Below are positions 36,437 through 50,334 of a stretch of DNA of 64,000 nucleotides, one piece after another (position 1 is the stretch's first letter; the number at the start of each line of letters is the position of its first letter). Origin of the DNA: Mugilogobius chulae. Taxonomy: Eukaryota. Both the position numbers and the translations under genes were made by a program. The DNA is taken from contig CM100124.1 of NCBI GenBank assembly GCA_046056395.1, positions 574,968 to 638,967 on the forward strand, in the 5' to 3' direction. Under the pieces are notes generated by a model. The model ran no database searches. It had not been told where the DNA came from and saw only the letters and a list, made by a program, of their open reading frames with translations.

Positions 36437-36532
36437 CTCGGCCTGCGCCGTGAAGTCCGCCGGACCATCCTGGACGACATCGGGACCATGTTCGACGACC
36501 TCGCCGACCAGCTGGACGCCATGTTGGAGTGA
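36437..36532 (+). CDS. caskin1: Caskin terminal exon, conserved C-terminal tail, TGA stop at 36530-36532
   Basis: tatcag|CTC GGC CTG CGC CGT GAA GTC CGC CGG ACC ATC CTG GAC GAC ATC GGG ACC ATG TTC GAC GAC CTC GCC GAC CAG CTG GAC GCC ATG TTG GAG TGA translates to [31 protein letters not shown] (Caskin1 ends [22 protein letters not shown]). Confidence 0.85.
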   Translation, partial: [31 protein letters not shown]

Positions 36533-37619
36533 CCTCTGACCTCTGAGGACAAACTGAAGACAATCTGAAGGGAAACGGACAAAAGACAAACTCTGACTGA
36601 AAACACACACTGACCTTTAGATAAAACAGATTATAATCCACAGACACAAGCCACAGTTCAGGTTTAAACTTTATAAACTCGTTTTGTTGTGACTGAAAGT
36701 TAAACTCGACTGAAGCAGCTCCGTCACAGTGTTTTATATTAAGACTTTAAAGGACACATATTATGCAGAATAAACTTTATTCTAAATGTTCTTGTTCATC
36801 ATTGACACGGCTGAAGTTTTGTCTGTGTCTCTGATCTGAACTGTTTTAACTCGATGAATCGTGCAGACTCAGTTTGAGCATTTCTGCCGCTTTAGCATAT
36901 CAGGACAGATCGATTTGTTATGTTCCCTGTGTCATTTCCTTTGCAAGTCTGTAGAGTTTTAATCAGGTTGAAAAATCCAGCTCGATCCGACCCGAGCCTG
37001 TGCACCTACGACCAGAACCCGGCTCGTTCTCTGTGTGTCTGAGCAGCGCCAACTCACTGAACTGTGGTAGTTTAATGCAGTGGCGTGCTGGGATCATTTT
37101 TCAGCCCGGAAAAATTAGATCTTAGATCGGCCCATTTGTTCATGGAGTAACGTAACTTTGTGGGTAGTTGAGTGGTTAAGAACTGCGCATTTAAACTTTT
37201 GACTTTCAGCACCCACGTTCGAGTCCCCGCTCAGGAAACCTCGGTCTTAATTTTTTATTTATTTTTTAATCTAACCAATATCTACTCCAACTCTCATACA
37301 TTCTCGTCTCCAGTAGTAAAGTGCTTACCCCAGGGACACACTGCAAACGTATTTCACGCTACGCCAGCCCAACGCGCGTTAAAAATAGCACAGCGATGCA
37401 CGCGTATCGTTTAGAAAACATGCAACGTCAATGAGACCGGCCACACACCCGGCGCTTGATGCGCGTAGCGAGCGTGACGTCGTGCGAGCGTTGGGCGCGC
37501 GAGAATCGGGAGCAAAAGAATCCAACCTTTTTTTTTGTCGCTTGACGCTGGCGTAGAAGCGTAGAATACAGAGAATACAGAGAAATCAGGCTTCTACTGT
37601 TGTATGTGTGTACCTGCCA

Positions 37620-37835
37620 TCAGCACCACACGTCCTGGGACAGACCTGGGACAGACCTGAGACAGACCTGAGACAGACCTGAGACAGACCTGAGACAGAC
37701 CTGAGACAGACCTGGGACAGACCTGGGACAGACTGGGACAGACCTGGGACAGACCTGGGACAGACCTGAGACAGTCCTGGGACAGACCTGGGACAGACCT
37801 GGGACAGACCTGGGACAGACCTGGACTGTGTGACG
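37620..37835. repeat. 11-bp satellite (GGGACAGACCT)n, about 19 copies
   Basis: gggacagacctgggacagacctgagacagacct... Confidence 0.9.
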
Positions 37836-40800
37836 GAGCCCTGCTTCAATAGAACTGCCTGCTTGAGTTTTCATATTTACTATTGAATCAGCCGGTCCAG
37901 AGGGGAAATAGAAGCCTGTTCATGTGGTTATTTTTACTATAGACGGGATACAAGAGCAGAAACACAGACAGACAAACTTGAACAGTTTTCCCAGAGAGAA
38001 ACTGAGAGCTTATGGGGTGTGGAGTGTGTTTTGGGGCTCCAAAACTTGTCAAGAGTCTTTGATTAAGCGCTATGTCGCTGTGAATCACATCATAAACCTG
38101 AGGCAGCAGCTGGCTCCGCCCCTCCTATCACTGTGCGCACTTTGCCTGCTGCAGCTGTATGAGCCGGGCTTCTCTCTCCCGAAAACGTCCCGACTCTCCC
38201 GATTAGCCAGCACGCTCTTGGTTTAATGACAGAAAAAAGTACATTATGAAGTGTTTGAAGTGTTTACATACTTACAGTGTCTCTCTCCATCAGAAGCACT
38301 TCTTCCACCGCACATCTCTCTCTCTTCTTCCTTCTTTTCTCACCGCACACTTAAGTACGCTTCTCTCTCACTCCACGACGCTCTTCAAACACACCTGTTT
38401 TTTTTTTATTTCTGTTGTGGGAAACACATGACAGTCACTCTTCATTTACAGCAGTGTTTTTGTTTATTCTGATGTGTGAGTGGAGGTTCTCAGGAGCAGG
38501 TTTGATTGACAGGAACAACAGAAAAAATGCTGAATATTTGTCCTTTAAAATGTCACATCTGAAGGATTCTCACGCGACTCCTTCAGTAAAACTCCTGAAG
38601 TAGTTTTATGTGAGAGTCTCACCTGTTTCAGTCGTCTAAGTTTTTCGATCCTCTTTATGCTGATTCTTGTGAAGTTCCTCCAGAGCCGGACCTTCCTATA
38701 CGCAGACTACGCAAGTTGCAGAGGGCCCCGCATCTGTGGAGGGCCCCGCCTCCTCTGCTTGCTGATAGTTTTTCGAGTTTGTCAGTCCAGTCCTCAGGCC
38801 TGTTGGCTTCACCCTTTGGTTTGCGCTGTACATAAACTTGACCAATCGTACAAGCTTAAACGTGAGAGACCCTCCCTCTTCTGTTCTAAAGACACGGCAG
38901 AGACACTTCCCCCGTGATGCGCTCAAGACAGGCAGAAGTAGAAACAGGTGTCTGATCATTCTCATCTCAGAGCGCAAAATCAAAGGCTCTGGGAACAGTC
39001 TGGGCAGCAAATGCATGTTCTGCGTCTCTTAAGCTCTCAGCCAATCATTATTTGCGTCAATAGGACAAGTATTGACTGAACTAGGAACACAAATAGCTGA
39101 TGAAATTAAACGTTTGCAGATCGCGAAAACGGCCGCGGCGAGAATTATCGCGGCGAAATACGGCAAATTTCTGCACAAAAGCCACTTAAAACATGAGGCT
39201 GTTTGTCCTGAAAAAGCTTCAGATTTCAGAATTTGTGTCCAAAAAGTCCAGCGCAATAATGCAGCTTGTCAGCTGTGCGTGAGCACATGAAGAGGGAACA
39301 GAGGCGGAGCTCACAGGGAGAGGGACAAGGCTGGGGCCCACTGGGAAACACACCAAGTAAAACTTGTGGAGAAGTGCAATGATATTAATGAGAAAATCAT
39401 GCATAAATTAAAGATTTGTTGGTCTAAAATAGCTCACCCCAAATTTAGGGAAAATGCATCTGTTTTAAAAGTTCTGGGGCTGGATCTTACATTATCTCTT
39501 TATTGTGAGAAATTTTATTTAGTCTACACTTATTTTTGTATCTGTCGCTTTGTGTATAGATAAAAATTATAAAAAAGTCCATTTATACGCTGCTTTGGCT
39601 CGGCTGATTAAGGTTCGTAGAAAGGATTGGATATTAATGAGAAAATCAGATTTTTGCTTAGGGCCCCCAAAAGGTTAGCTCCGGCTCTGAGTTCCTCTTT
39701 TATTAAACTGACTGAACACAGGAACAAAACTCAAACTTCTACAAACTTTTGCTCTTTCTCCGCTCAGATCTCGTTCTGTCTCTTTTCTGAAACATTGGAG
39801 ACACAAAGTGGAGGATTTTCTGATCGAGCTGCTCATGTGGAGTCGTGTCGTTAAAACAGGACGTTTCCATGTAAAAACACAAACTTCTAACGTTAAAACA
39901 GATTATTTTGTTCAGATGAATGCAATACGTCGCTGTGAAACTCTTTTAGAACCAGTTAAAACTTTAAACCAGTGAAACATTCTTTGTCGCAGAAGCAAAT
40001 TCGCTCTAATCCAGTTACAACAGCTACATAATCACACTTTCTGCGTTTTTCCAGACTCGTTTTAAACTCATCTCAGTGTAAAAGACAAACGTATTTTATT
40101 ATGAACTTTCTATAATTCCTTAAACATGAGTCGTGTATTTGTGTGACTGAGTTTGATCCGTCCGTGTTTATAAATCTAAATGTAAAAGTGCATGTTCATT
40201 CCTCTAAACACTTTATATCAGAAGAAAAGGTCTGTATTTTATTGTATTTAAGTCGATTTTATTCTTGTAATCTTGAATTCTCCTGAAGAAGCTGTTTTTT
40301 TTTATGCTGTTCCTGTTTGTTTTGTATAAATGTAAACCAAACCAGAGACAAAACACAATATTAAAATGTAAATATTTAAGTCCAGAGTCTTTAATGAGTT
40401 TGTTCTTTTAAACAGATCAGATCCTCCTGGTCTGGTTCTTCTCTTTACTGAAAAAAGAAGAAAATGTTGCTTATTTTGAGGTCATGTTTTATTTTAAGTA
40501 ATAAATCATCTCCAGTGCAGTAGAACATGTGACTAACCTTGTTGTTTTGAACAGAAAATGTTAAAAGTAAATCTTTTGTTGATTTAAGCAATTATGGCTA
40601 AAAACAGAAGCACATTTACTTCAAATAAGTTTTTATCTCTAGAGAAGTTAAATCAGGAGAAAATCTCTTAAAACAAATCAAATAATCTGAGTCAGACTCG
40701 GTCTTACTAAGAGAAAACATCTGAAAATGACTTTTAGGAATAATGTGCATTCACAGCATTCTAAATGTTCATGCTGAGTGGCAAAGATGCATTAGAGTCA

Positions 40801-40954
40801 ATGGAGAGAAAGGACATTTTCTCTTGTAAGAGTTCAATAAACAGCTAAAACAGGAAAAATAAACTACAGTTTGATAACAAATTCAACCCACAACAAGTCT
40901 ACTGAGCACTGGGTTGTAACTGACATGTAAAAAGAGAAAATCAAGTCAACAGTT

Positions 40955-41400
40955 GTTAATCTGTCCAGCCAGATGGTTTATCTCGTGATATTTGTGAATT
41001 CACAAACACGAGATAAACCATCTGGCTTCCAGCCGCCCGATTGGTTTGGGAGTCGAACCAGCGGTGTTTCGGAGGTGTTAAGATGGCTGTTAGCGCCTCG
41101 GTGCTAACCCTACCCTACATTCAAGCTGAACAAAGATGGCTGCTCTCGTGGATGTTTGTGTTTCTCCTGCTTTTGATGCGGTTTAGCAGAAATACGGAGT
41201 AATTTCTTTTTGAAAGAAGAGCCGTATGTGTAATGCGTACTTGTAAGGTAGACCCCACACCCAATCAGCTCCAAGTATTTCACTAAACGCCCCGCCTTTT
41301 CTCGAACGCTTTCAGCGAGTCAAGTCCAGATGGATATAGTGAGAACTCAGATAGGAGTTCAACACAGATCCATCTGGAGAGAGACAGGTTAGTTGTAGCA
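40955..41400. repeat. ~440-bp interspersed repeat, copy 1, with a 54-nt perfect hairpin at its 5' end
   Basis: aligns to 54236-54650 and 55134-55175; 40969 ccagatggtttatctcgtgatatttgtgaattcacaaacacgagataaaccatctgg is a perfect palindrome. Confidence 0.8.
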
Positions 41401-43214
41401 AAGCAGATAAACTTTAGCTTCTCACATTTATCAACATTAAAATACACACAATTAAACTTATGACCTTTTTCTTCTTAAAAAATAAGTTTTTGAGTCCATT
41501 TGTTGCAGTCAAAATTCCTTGTGTTTTTAGCAGACAAGTTTGTAGCAGACAAGCGTTGCCACGACAACAAAGAAATACATTGAAGAAATGCCACTCATTC
41601 TAAAGTTGCTAAGCAAAATTATGTCAGTGCATAACCTCTATATTCAAATTGAGAATTCAATGTACAGTTTAGAATTGCAATTTTTAAAATGAGAATTCTT
41701 TAGGCAATAACTGTGTAATCTTCATTTCTAATCTGCTTGTTAAATTGCAGTTGGCAAATTGTATTTTAAATAACAAACTGACAATCCATTTGTGAATTAA
41801 ATTCTCACTTTGACAGTTGCATTTGCCACTTTTAACCTAAGTTTCAAATTAAACCACATATCAATCGTTTATTCGAGCTTGACTGTCATATTACACAATA
41901 CATTTATAACAACAGCAGAAGAAACAGACAGATGTAGGCTCGAAAGGGAGTGGGAAAACTTATTTACCCCTTTACATTGACTTTTATTGGTGCACATCAT
42001 TAATTATACTTATGATTTGAAGTGCTGTTTTTCTAGAAAGCATTTACTTGAGGAAATACTGTATTGTAAGTATTTCAATATTATCAATAACATAAATGCT
42101 CACAAAGATAACAGTAATCAACTTCTTTCCATCAAACTGTATCGTAAAAAAACAGTTTCTTTGTATTCACATTAAACTGATGTATTGTTGTACATTTTTC
42201 TAGTTGCATTAGATTGCATTGCACATTTATCTGGTGTTTTAGAGACAATATTCAATTTGAAATGTCAATGTTCAATTTAGATTTGCATTTTTAAAATGAC
42301 TATGTAATTTGCAATTTTAATATGTATTTTTTAAAAAAGCATTTGGCAATTATAACTTTAATTTAAAATCTGACAATCCATTTTGCAAATTAACATCTCA
42401 TTTGACAAGTGGTTTTGTCCGTTTAAAGACGAGTTTGTATTGCATTGCATGTTGTGAAACAGCTCCACCTGTGGACTGCAATTGCATTTCAACGTGGTGT
42501 ATCTTTGTCAATATTCAAAGTTTACTTGCAAACTGACAAACCACTTGTCAAAGTTTGTATTACAATATTACTGTCTCTAAATGAGTTACTTTGGGTTAAT
42601 CACACATTGTTAAGACATAGTACAACACTGATCCTGTTACATTCACACTTGATTATCGGTTAATTTATGGAAATGTAACGTCACAACACATTTTCCTCAC
42701 AATATTTTATTCTCCTTTAAAGTGCGTATGACAGGTTTGAAAGTTTTCATAATTTTGATTTAGTTTGGTAGATTAATACCTGTTGTAATTATAAATGATA
42801 GTTTTACGTTAATCAAGAACAAGTTTGTGGAGAAAAATGTGAAAATCTGTTTAAAATACCAGGAAGTAGAGCAGAGTTCTAAACTGATGACATCACACTG
42901 GGGAGACAAAGACATTTTACATTTTATCACAAGAAACATTTTTATAACTGTAAACACATGTTTAAACAAAAAAGTGATTTCTAGTGTATTTTTATGGCCC
43001 AAGTTTAAAAAAAAAGTTAATTTGAAGAGTTTGGGCCTATTTATTAAATGGTTGCTAGGTAACTACCTAGTGTGATGTCATCATTGATAACAGAAAGTAA
43101 ATTTTAATGCAAAAAAATGGCCGAACTGGAATGAAATTTGAAAAATGTTGAGTAAAACCTTGAATATAATGATCTTAACTACGTCTGTGTGAAATGAGGA
43201 GTTCGACCTGTCAG

Positions 43215-43590
43215 AGGCACTTTAAGCCAGGAAGTCAAACTCGGGCCCGGGGCCAAATTCGGCCCTCAAGATGATATCATGTGGCCCCTGAGCATGATTT
43301 CAGATTATATTGATAGTGGCCCCTTTATCGCTGAGATGTGACTATTAAATGTAATATGCACTGGAATGCAGGAAAAAGCAACAATCTGTCCAAAGTTTTC
43401 TTGCAATGAAATTATGTGAATATAATGTAATGTGACACAATATCATTCTGGATATACAGTAAATGTGTTATATTAGCGCCTATTGCCATATTTGAATTTA
43501 ACTCAGAGGGACCTAGATTTAAAAATGTGGCCCTCGACCAACTCTGACTCTGATCCATTTGGCCCACCACCATTTGAGTTTGACATCTTG
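43215..43590. mobile_element. MITE (GGCCC/GGGCC-rich family) with TIR AAGTCAAACTCGGGCC
   Basis: 43228 aagtcaaactcgggcccggggcc matches the reverse complement of 43552-43590 ggcccaccaccatttgagtttgacatcttgc; related elements at 53287-53885 and 58917-60180. Confidence 0.5.
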
Positions 43591-44182
43591 CTTTAACCAC
43601 AGACAGTATTTTAGTGTTTTGATCCTGAAGTGTCGTTTTCAATAGAAAATAAAGCAGTTCATTTATCTGTAAGTAACTTGACTCAGATTGTAACAGTAAT
43701 ATATGATCAACATTTGTATAAGTAATGAGTTATACTGATTACTGAAAAGAGGAATATTACAGGAACTAGTGACTTTAGTAATGAGTTACAACACTGATTC
43801 TTAAGGATCTGGTGACTCACTTCAGTTTGTCCAAAATTCTTCCTTTTTATCCACAGTTTGATGTTTATGTGACAGTTGGGTTTTTGCTCTCTGCGTTGTG
43901 TTGTGTCTGAGCGGAGTTGAACCCGGTTCCCGGGGCAGTCGACGAAAACTCATTGAGCTAAAGGGAACGCTCCCTTAGCTCAGATTGTTTGTGGCTTCTT
44001 ATACTGAGGGAGTGATTTATCCATACCATCACACACTTCTCCATACTGGTCCTCGTGTGGCCTACACCGGTTACATTTATTTCGCTCCTAAAACACGTAA
44101 AAATAAAACGATTCACAAACACATGAATGGAACAGACGGAGAGATGGTTTCAGAAATAAATAAATAAATACATAGAGGGAGA

Positions 44183-44706
44183 GCTGGGTTGGTTGTCACA
44201 CTTTTTACTTTGATTTGAATTTCTCAAAAACAGTAAATCTCACATGAACCATTTTAACAACAGAGAAAAGCTCAAAGTCTGTGTAACTAATGAATCCAGC
44301 TGCTGTTCTCTGTCTGATTCAAAAGTTATTGATCATTTAATGTTAACTGTTCAGGTCTGGGTTGGTTGTCACACCCCATGGGGAGACAGAGACAAATGTG
44401 TCTTTGGTTTGATTTCTTATGTTGGATTCATTTTGATTCAAGAATGTTTTACTTTTTCTGAATCAGGAAACGTTCAATTACAAGAAAAAGGTAAAGATGC
44501 ATTTTGTCAAGATTCTAATGATAACGTAAAACTATATTTTTAATGTGAATTAGTGATCAATAACTTAAACAGAACAAGCTCCATGACAAGAATTAGATTT
44601 ATTTTTAGTTGAAACTTTACACTGATTTCCTGCTTTGAACTGGAATATTTAAAATACAGTATTTTTGAGAAAATCTGTCTTTTGTAAAAGTGTGACAACC
44701 AACCCA
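44183..44706. mobile_element. MITE with TIR GGGTTGGTTGTCACAC
   Basis: 44183 ctgggttggttgtcacac matches the reverse complement of 44689 gtgtgacaaccaaccca. Confidence 0.5.
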
Positions 44707-45097
44707 CAACCAACCCCGCTCTGACTGTGCTGCTGTTCTAGATAGAATCACGTGACAACCAACCCGACTGGACTGTTTTACTCTCACCTCAGACTTCTAC
44801 ATTTGTAAACCAGCTCAGATAAAAACAGTCCTAATCGTCACTCTGTCTCTCCTCTTTGTAAAGTCACAGTTTTAAGCTTTCAACTTAATTTCTGGAAAAA
44901 ATGGAAAATGTTTTCTGAACATCTGAAAATGTACTTTTTGCTATACATTTTTTTTGTTTCGTCGTATCACAATCTTGAACAAATGTTATAAAAATGTTTT
45001 AGTGAGTGCATTTTGGTTCATTTTAATCTGACTATTTTTCAAATGCACCAATCACAAGCTGAGATACAGAGACTGTGACAACCTACCCGTGTGACAA

Positions 45098-45425
45098 CCT
45101 ACCCGCGGCACGGTGGCAGAGCGGATAGCGCTCTGGCCTCACAGCAAGAAGGTCGCGGGTTTGCATGTTTCTCCCCGTGTCTGGGTGGTTTCCTACGGGC
45201 ACTCCGGTTTCCCCACCAACTGATAACATGCATGTTAGGGAACACTTGGTGGTGGTCGGAGGTTGAGGCGCCAGGTGTTAGGTGAATCGCCTCTGCTGAG
45301 CTGCTCCAGGGCAGTTTACTGTCACTGAGTGGGGAGGGGAGGGGTTCATCTCACTGTGAAGCGCTTTGTGACTCTGTGTCTGTGAAATGTGCTGTACAAA
45401 TAAAGATTACTTACTTACTTACTAC
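45098..45425 (+). mobile_element. tRNA-derived SINE, copy 2 (different 3' domain, (TTAC)n tail), inserted into a 16-bp minisatellite
   Basis: cacggtggcagagcggatagcgctctggcctcacagcaagaaggtcgcgggtttgcatgtttctccccgtgtctgggtggtttcctacgggcactccggtttcccc...caaataaagattacttacttacttac; flanked by gtgacaacctaccc on both sides (candidate target-site duplication, TSD). Confidence 0.8.
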
Positions 45426-45600
45426 CCATGTGACAACCAACCCGCGTGACAACCAACCCGCGTGACAACCAACCCGCGTGACAACCAACCCGCGTGACAA
45501 CAACCCGCGTGACAACCAACCCGCGTGACAACCAACCCGCGTGACAACCTACCCATGTGACAACCTACCCATGTGACAACCAGCTCGTGTGACAACCAGC
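45420..45600. repeat. (GTGACAACCAACCCGC)n 16-bp minisatellite
   Basis: about 10 units, direct reading. Confidence 0.9.
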
Positions 45601-47799
45601 CCCACTCTGCCCGATGTGATTTTACTAAAGTACTGCAGTGATTCTGATTAAATTAAGTCTCTCGTTCATCTCGCTTCGATTCTGATCTAAACAATTTCAT
45701 TTGTTTTCTGTTTGAACCTTAAAGGGACTGTACTCGATTTTTTTGCAACAAGATAACTTAAAAGCAGTTTCCCTCTAGCACTGATGCCTTGTTAATGTAT
45801 CTAATCAGGTGGAAATTAGTCCCAAAGTCCTGTCTATGAAAGTGGCTTAACAAGTCTAGGCTTATCCTAAAATCCTGAGCTGAAACTAGCTTCATCTCCA
45901 ACTTAAGCCTCAAGTGGTTCCATGAAAGAAATAAGCCTGGGTCTGAACAACGCTAATTCAAGCTTGAAGATTAATCTGGGCTGTGAGCTTTGCTCTGCTG
46001 AATGTGACGAGACCAGATCAATGGAGCGAAGACATCACTGAGAATGAGACAGAAAAACACTTATTTTACATGATCTGACTGAAACACGTGAGGAGCCAAA
46101 GTGCACACGGACTACAGTTTGATTTGCATCGCAAAAGTTTTCAGTTATAGTGGTTTATTTTGATGCAGCCCCTCCCCTCCTGTTCACTGCTGGAGAAAGA
46201 CGAGGCGGAGATCCACAGGATTTATCATCGTATTTGTGAGTAGTAGACTCATCGTTTTTAATGCAATGCACAGTTTTCCACTCCGCATGTGGGACTAGTC
46301 CCGCAGCGTAAAGTTGTCACAAAGTTGTAGCGTAACCTGAGCGTAACGCTTCACAACCATAAGTGACCAATCAGAGCAGAGGATGTGTGTCCGTGGTGTG
46401 AGGAGAGACGAGGGAAGGAGATGCGATGAAGAGCTTTTGAGCGTAAAAGCAGCAGCACCACTCCACGGCTGCTCTCACACTTTAGTCATGCTTTCATTGC
46501 TTCATCCTTTAGAGAAATATCTGCATGTCTGTGGTGAATCTTACGTAGGTTAGATGCACGTAGGAGTAGTCTACAAGTTAATTTTCCAGTTAAATATGTG
46601 GCTCTTTGTGCTGCCAATGTGACGTTTGCTCTTACAAACGCGTCTCTCCACAGCGAGAGCGGCTCAAAAAAGGATGAAAAGAAACGGTCAGAGCGGTTCT
46701 CTGGTGCCAATGCCAAGTAAATAAAAGTGAATACAAGGTGACTTTATAAGTTGTGTTGGGACAGACAGAGAGATTTCACACAGTTGTGGAAGTGTGTGAG
46801 GATAAACATGTGATTTAAGTGTTTTTTAGACGTTTTTTGAGACAAAGATAAAATAATCTTGACAGTTAGCCTGGTCCAGACCAGGTTTATGTCTGTGTAC
46901 TTGTTACTGCGGCAACTCAGCGTCATCTCTGGTTAGCCGCGTTAGTGGAACGGAAATGGAGATTTCATAAGCCTAGATTGGCCAAATAAGCCGGGCTTTG
47001 GCTTTAGCTGCTTCATGGAATACCCCTATGTCTAATAAAATCCCGTTTGTGTGCAGCTTTTTCTGTTTTTGTTTTTAGCATTGTGGCTAACTGTTGTTAG
47101 CATAGTGACTCACCTTGCTGTTAAAAGCTGTGAAAAAAACATTAAAACTCATCATGATGAACAATTCTGAAGCTCAGAATGCATTAGCTACGAGAGGAAA
47201 TCATGTAGCCTGAAGGGAAAAGGTTAAAATTAATTATTTCTGTTTGTTTACATTTTTAGGATGCAAAAATCAGGTACAGTTCCTTTAAAACAAAGTTATT
47301 GTTGTTGTTGTTGTTTTTTACGTTTTATTATTTTCGAGTAAAAGTTAACAAAGTAGAGGAAGAAAGTAAAATGTGCAGTATTTCAAAATACAGTGAAGTT
47401 GTACAAAGAGAAAAAAGAAATTAAGGAATAAGAAAGAAGGAAAAAGAAGAGGATAGGATAGATCAGAAAAGAATGATATATATGTAAACAGCAGATTTTA
47501 CAGAACATATGTAAACAGAGGTTGTACAAGAAACTTATGCAAATACATTAAATACATCACAGAGTTCAACAGGTTTCAGTGATTTCTTATTTTCAGATAA
47601 TTTAATGGACAGAATGTAGTTTGAAAATATTACAAAAAGCAATGAAGCACAGATTCTTCCCTGAGAATGTAAAAATTGGACATTAAAATCAAAAGAATAA
47701 AGTAAATCAACTTATTATATAAAGTATTTAGATAAACACCAGAGTTCATTTTTACAAAATTAAATCAAAGCTTTGATTGAGAAGAATCTGTAAAACAAA

Positions 47800-48100
47800 G
47801 GTTTAGCTGCACAAATATGTCCGAGCACGTCAGAGCTGGGAAACCACGTGACTTTCCACTGCGGGGGTTTCCGGGACGGCAGCTGCGCCACGCCCCCTCA
47901 CGCACGCACGCACAGAGGCACGTACAGACTCACGCACAGACGCACAGTCCGTCCCAAACCTGCAGCTCAAGGTTTTCTCCTGAACCAGAGCAGGACCAGC
48001 CTCAGTCCAGGTCTAAACCCGGTCCAGACCCAGTCCAGAACCAGCCCGGATCCACGAGCCTGCACGAGCCTCCGCGCACGAGCCCAGGTGAGCCCGGAAA
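47800..48100 (+). promoter_or_regulatory. CpG-rich island in an AT-rich region; candidate promoter or non-coding first exon (CACGTGAC E-box; CAG|gtgagc donor-like site at ~48088)
   Basis: local CG density (acgtcagagctgggaaaccacgtgactttccactgcgggggtttccgggacggcagctgcgccacgcc...); no conserved protein in any frame. Confidence 0.25.
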
Positions 48101-50334
48101 CAGCGCGTGCGTCCGCTTTTTATCAAGTTTTGAATGAAATGTTGTAGTTTTAACGTCGCAGTTTAAAGTCCAGCCGCTCCTTGTCTTTGCTTCCGCGTTA
48201 TCACGTCTTTATCTGTGATTTCCGCATCGCTTTGACTGGCAAATGTCACTTTTATTTGTTATTTAAAGCGGAAAAGTGCGTTTGTGTGAGTGACATCTGT
48301 ATTTACTTCAGTTTTACCGCCGCTGTTTGGAGTTTTTTAGGTTTAAATGTGAATAATCTGGTTTTAAACGTGTCTGTCTTTGATTTAAACTGCATTTTTA
48401 TTTTTCTAACCGACACGTTCATTCAATAAATCCACGTAAATCTGATATAAAACAGTTAATACTATAAGTTTGTACAAGTTTTGAGAAAATAAACTACTCA
48501 TTCAACTCTTTTTCTTTATAAATCCTGTTTGTAGTTCACTTTTAAGACTCAGAAACTGTATTTTCTTCTGCTATTTGATCTTATATTCTCCTGATAAAGC
48601 TGTAATATATATACTAAATCCGTGCACTGCGCATGCGCCGTGGGAACAGTGATGATGATGATGCAGGATCTTTTCCTCGTTTGAACCTGAAATGTGATTA
48701 AAGTGGATCCACTTCTGCAGCTTCTGATGATCAAACAAATGAATAATTACAACAGAGGAAGCATCAGAACATTACTTTATAAAGAAGAAAGTTAACTATA
48801 GTGACGCTTTTGTTAAATCATGAGGCAGTTAATGTCTTGTGTAGAAGTCGTATCAGTCTAGTTTAATGACTTTAGTTGTTTTGTAAAAAAGAACCTTAAG
48901 AAAGAACACACTTTAACTCTCTCTTAAATTTCTAAACTAAAAGATAAAACTGTTTTACAAACATTGTTAATAATGTACAAAGTAGAGAGAGACTGATATA
49001 GAGCTCAACAGTGACCGCCCACTTTCAATTCAATTCAATTCAATTTATTTGTATAGCCCAAAATCACAACAGCAGTTCTCTCAGCGGACTTTACAAGATG
49101 TTGATTTAGCAAACAAGATTTGTCAGAAAATCAAACAGTGAAACATTTGGTCAATGTCACAGAAACAATGTAAAATTAGAAACAATCATTATTAGGAAAT
49201 GCAGGCAGATTGTTACAACAACAAAGTGGCAAATAAAATTTGTCCCAGAGCATCCCCTGTCCTTAGACCCTCCTTCTGTCCTTAGACCCTCCTTCTGTCC
49301 TTAGACCCTCCTTCTGTCCTTAGACCCTCCTTCTGTCCTTAGACCCTCCTTCTCGGCAAGGAAAAACTCAAAAAAACCCATTGGGGGAAAAAGAGAAACC
49401 TGGAGGAGAACCACAGTGAAAGAGGGATCCACTCCCATGGACGGACAGGCTGTAGATGTGACCAGGACTGACGTATGTCCAGATGTAATTAGAAGTTTAA
49501 GTCTGTGGAGTCAGTAATCAGATAGACAATTTTTCTAGCAGGACGAAGACAGCCAGTCAAAGAGAGGCTGGAGTGGAACCATGAGCGAGGTCCAGGATCT
49601 CAAGATTCGGTGGAATCCGAAGTCAAGATTCGGTGGGATCCGAGGTCCAGGCATCGACACTGGAGCAGGAGCATCTGGAACAGATACACTCCCCAGAGGG
49701 GAGTGGGACAAGGGACAACATGTGAATAGCAAAGAACAGATTATGGATAAACTAAGTAATGAGATGTTCTTTACAGGGAATTAGGAGAAATAACGAAAAC
49801 AGGCAAGGGAAGGGAAGTTTATATGTTTATATAGAGCACAATTTGTACACAGAGAAGAGCGTGAAAATTACAAAGCAGGAGGACAAACTCACACAAAAAT
49901 ACAAGAACAATAGTGCAGAAAGTGCATACAGTCAAATGCACGTATAAACAAAGATTGCACAAATAATCAAAGATGACTGAGTATGAGTTTTGTAAGGACA
50001 CTCATGGACACTCAGGCCCCGCCCACGCAGGCTCTAAGTGCAGTAGTGTTTTATTATGCACAATTGTTGTGCTTACACTGATTTTAAGTTTAGATTTTCG
50101 ATAGAGATGATATGGACTCAGGTTGTTATATTGCAATAAATAAATTTGGTCTCATGGCAGCCAAATTTTGGCCTGTGGGTTATATTCCGCGTCTTTATTT
50201 TTCCTAACGCAGTTTTGCCGCTAGCTGGTTAGCATACCTTTCCCAAATTCTTAAACTTAACCAAATTAATTTAACCTAAACCTAACCCTAACCTTACCCA
50301 AATCCCTAAAGTAAATAATTTAAAATATAAACTT

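Noticed and set aside
36771-36776. AATAAA ~240 bp downstream of the caskin stop, as the poly(A) signal
   Set aside because: Caskin 3' UTRs are typically several kb. Multiple AATAAA occur by chance in this AT-rich flank, so one cannot be chosen without transcript data.
37130-37250. tRNA-like segment (gggtagttgagtggttaagaactgcgc…gttcgagtcc)
   Set aside because: A and B box-like motifs are present but no complete cloverleaf or anticodon arm could be folded by eye. It is probably a degraded SINE head, too uncertain to call.
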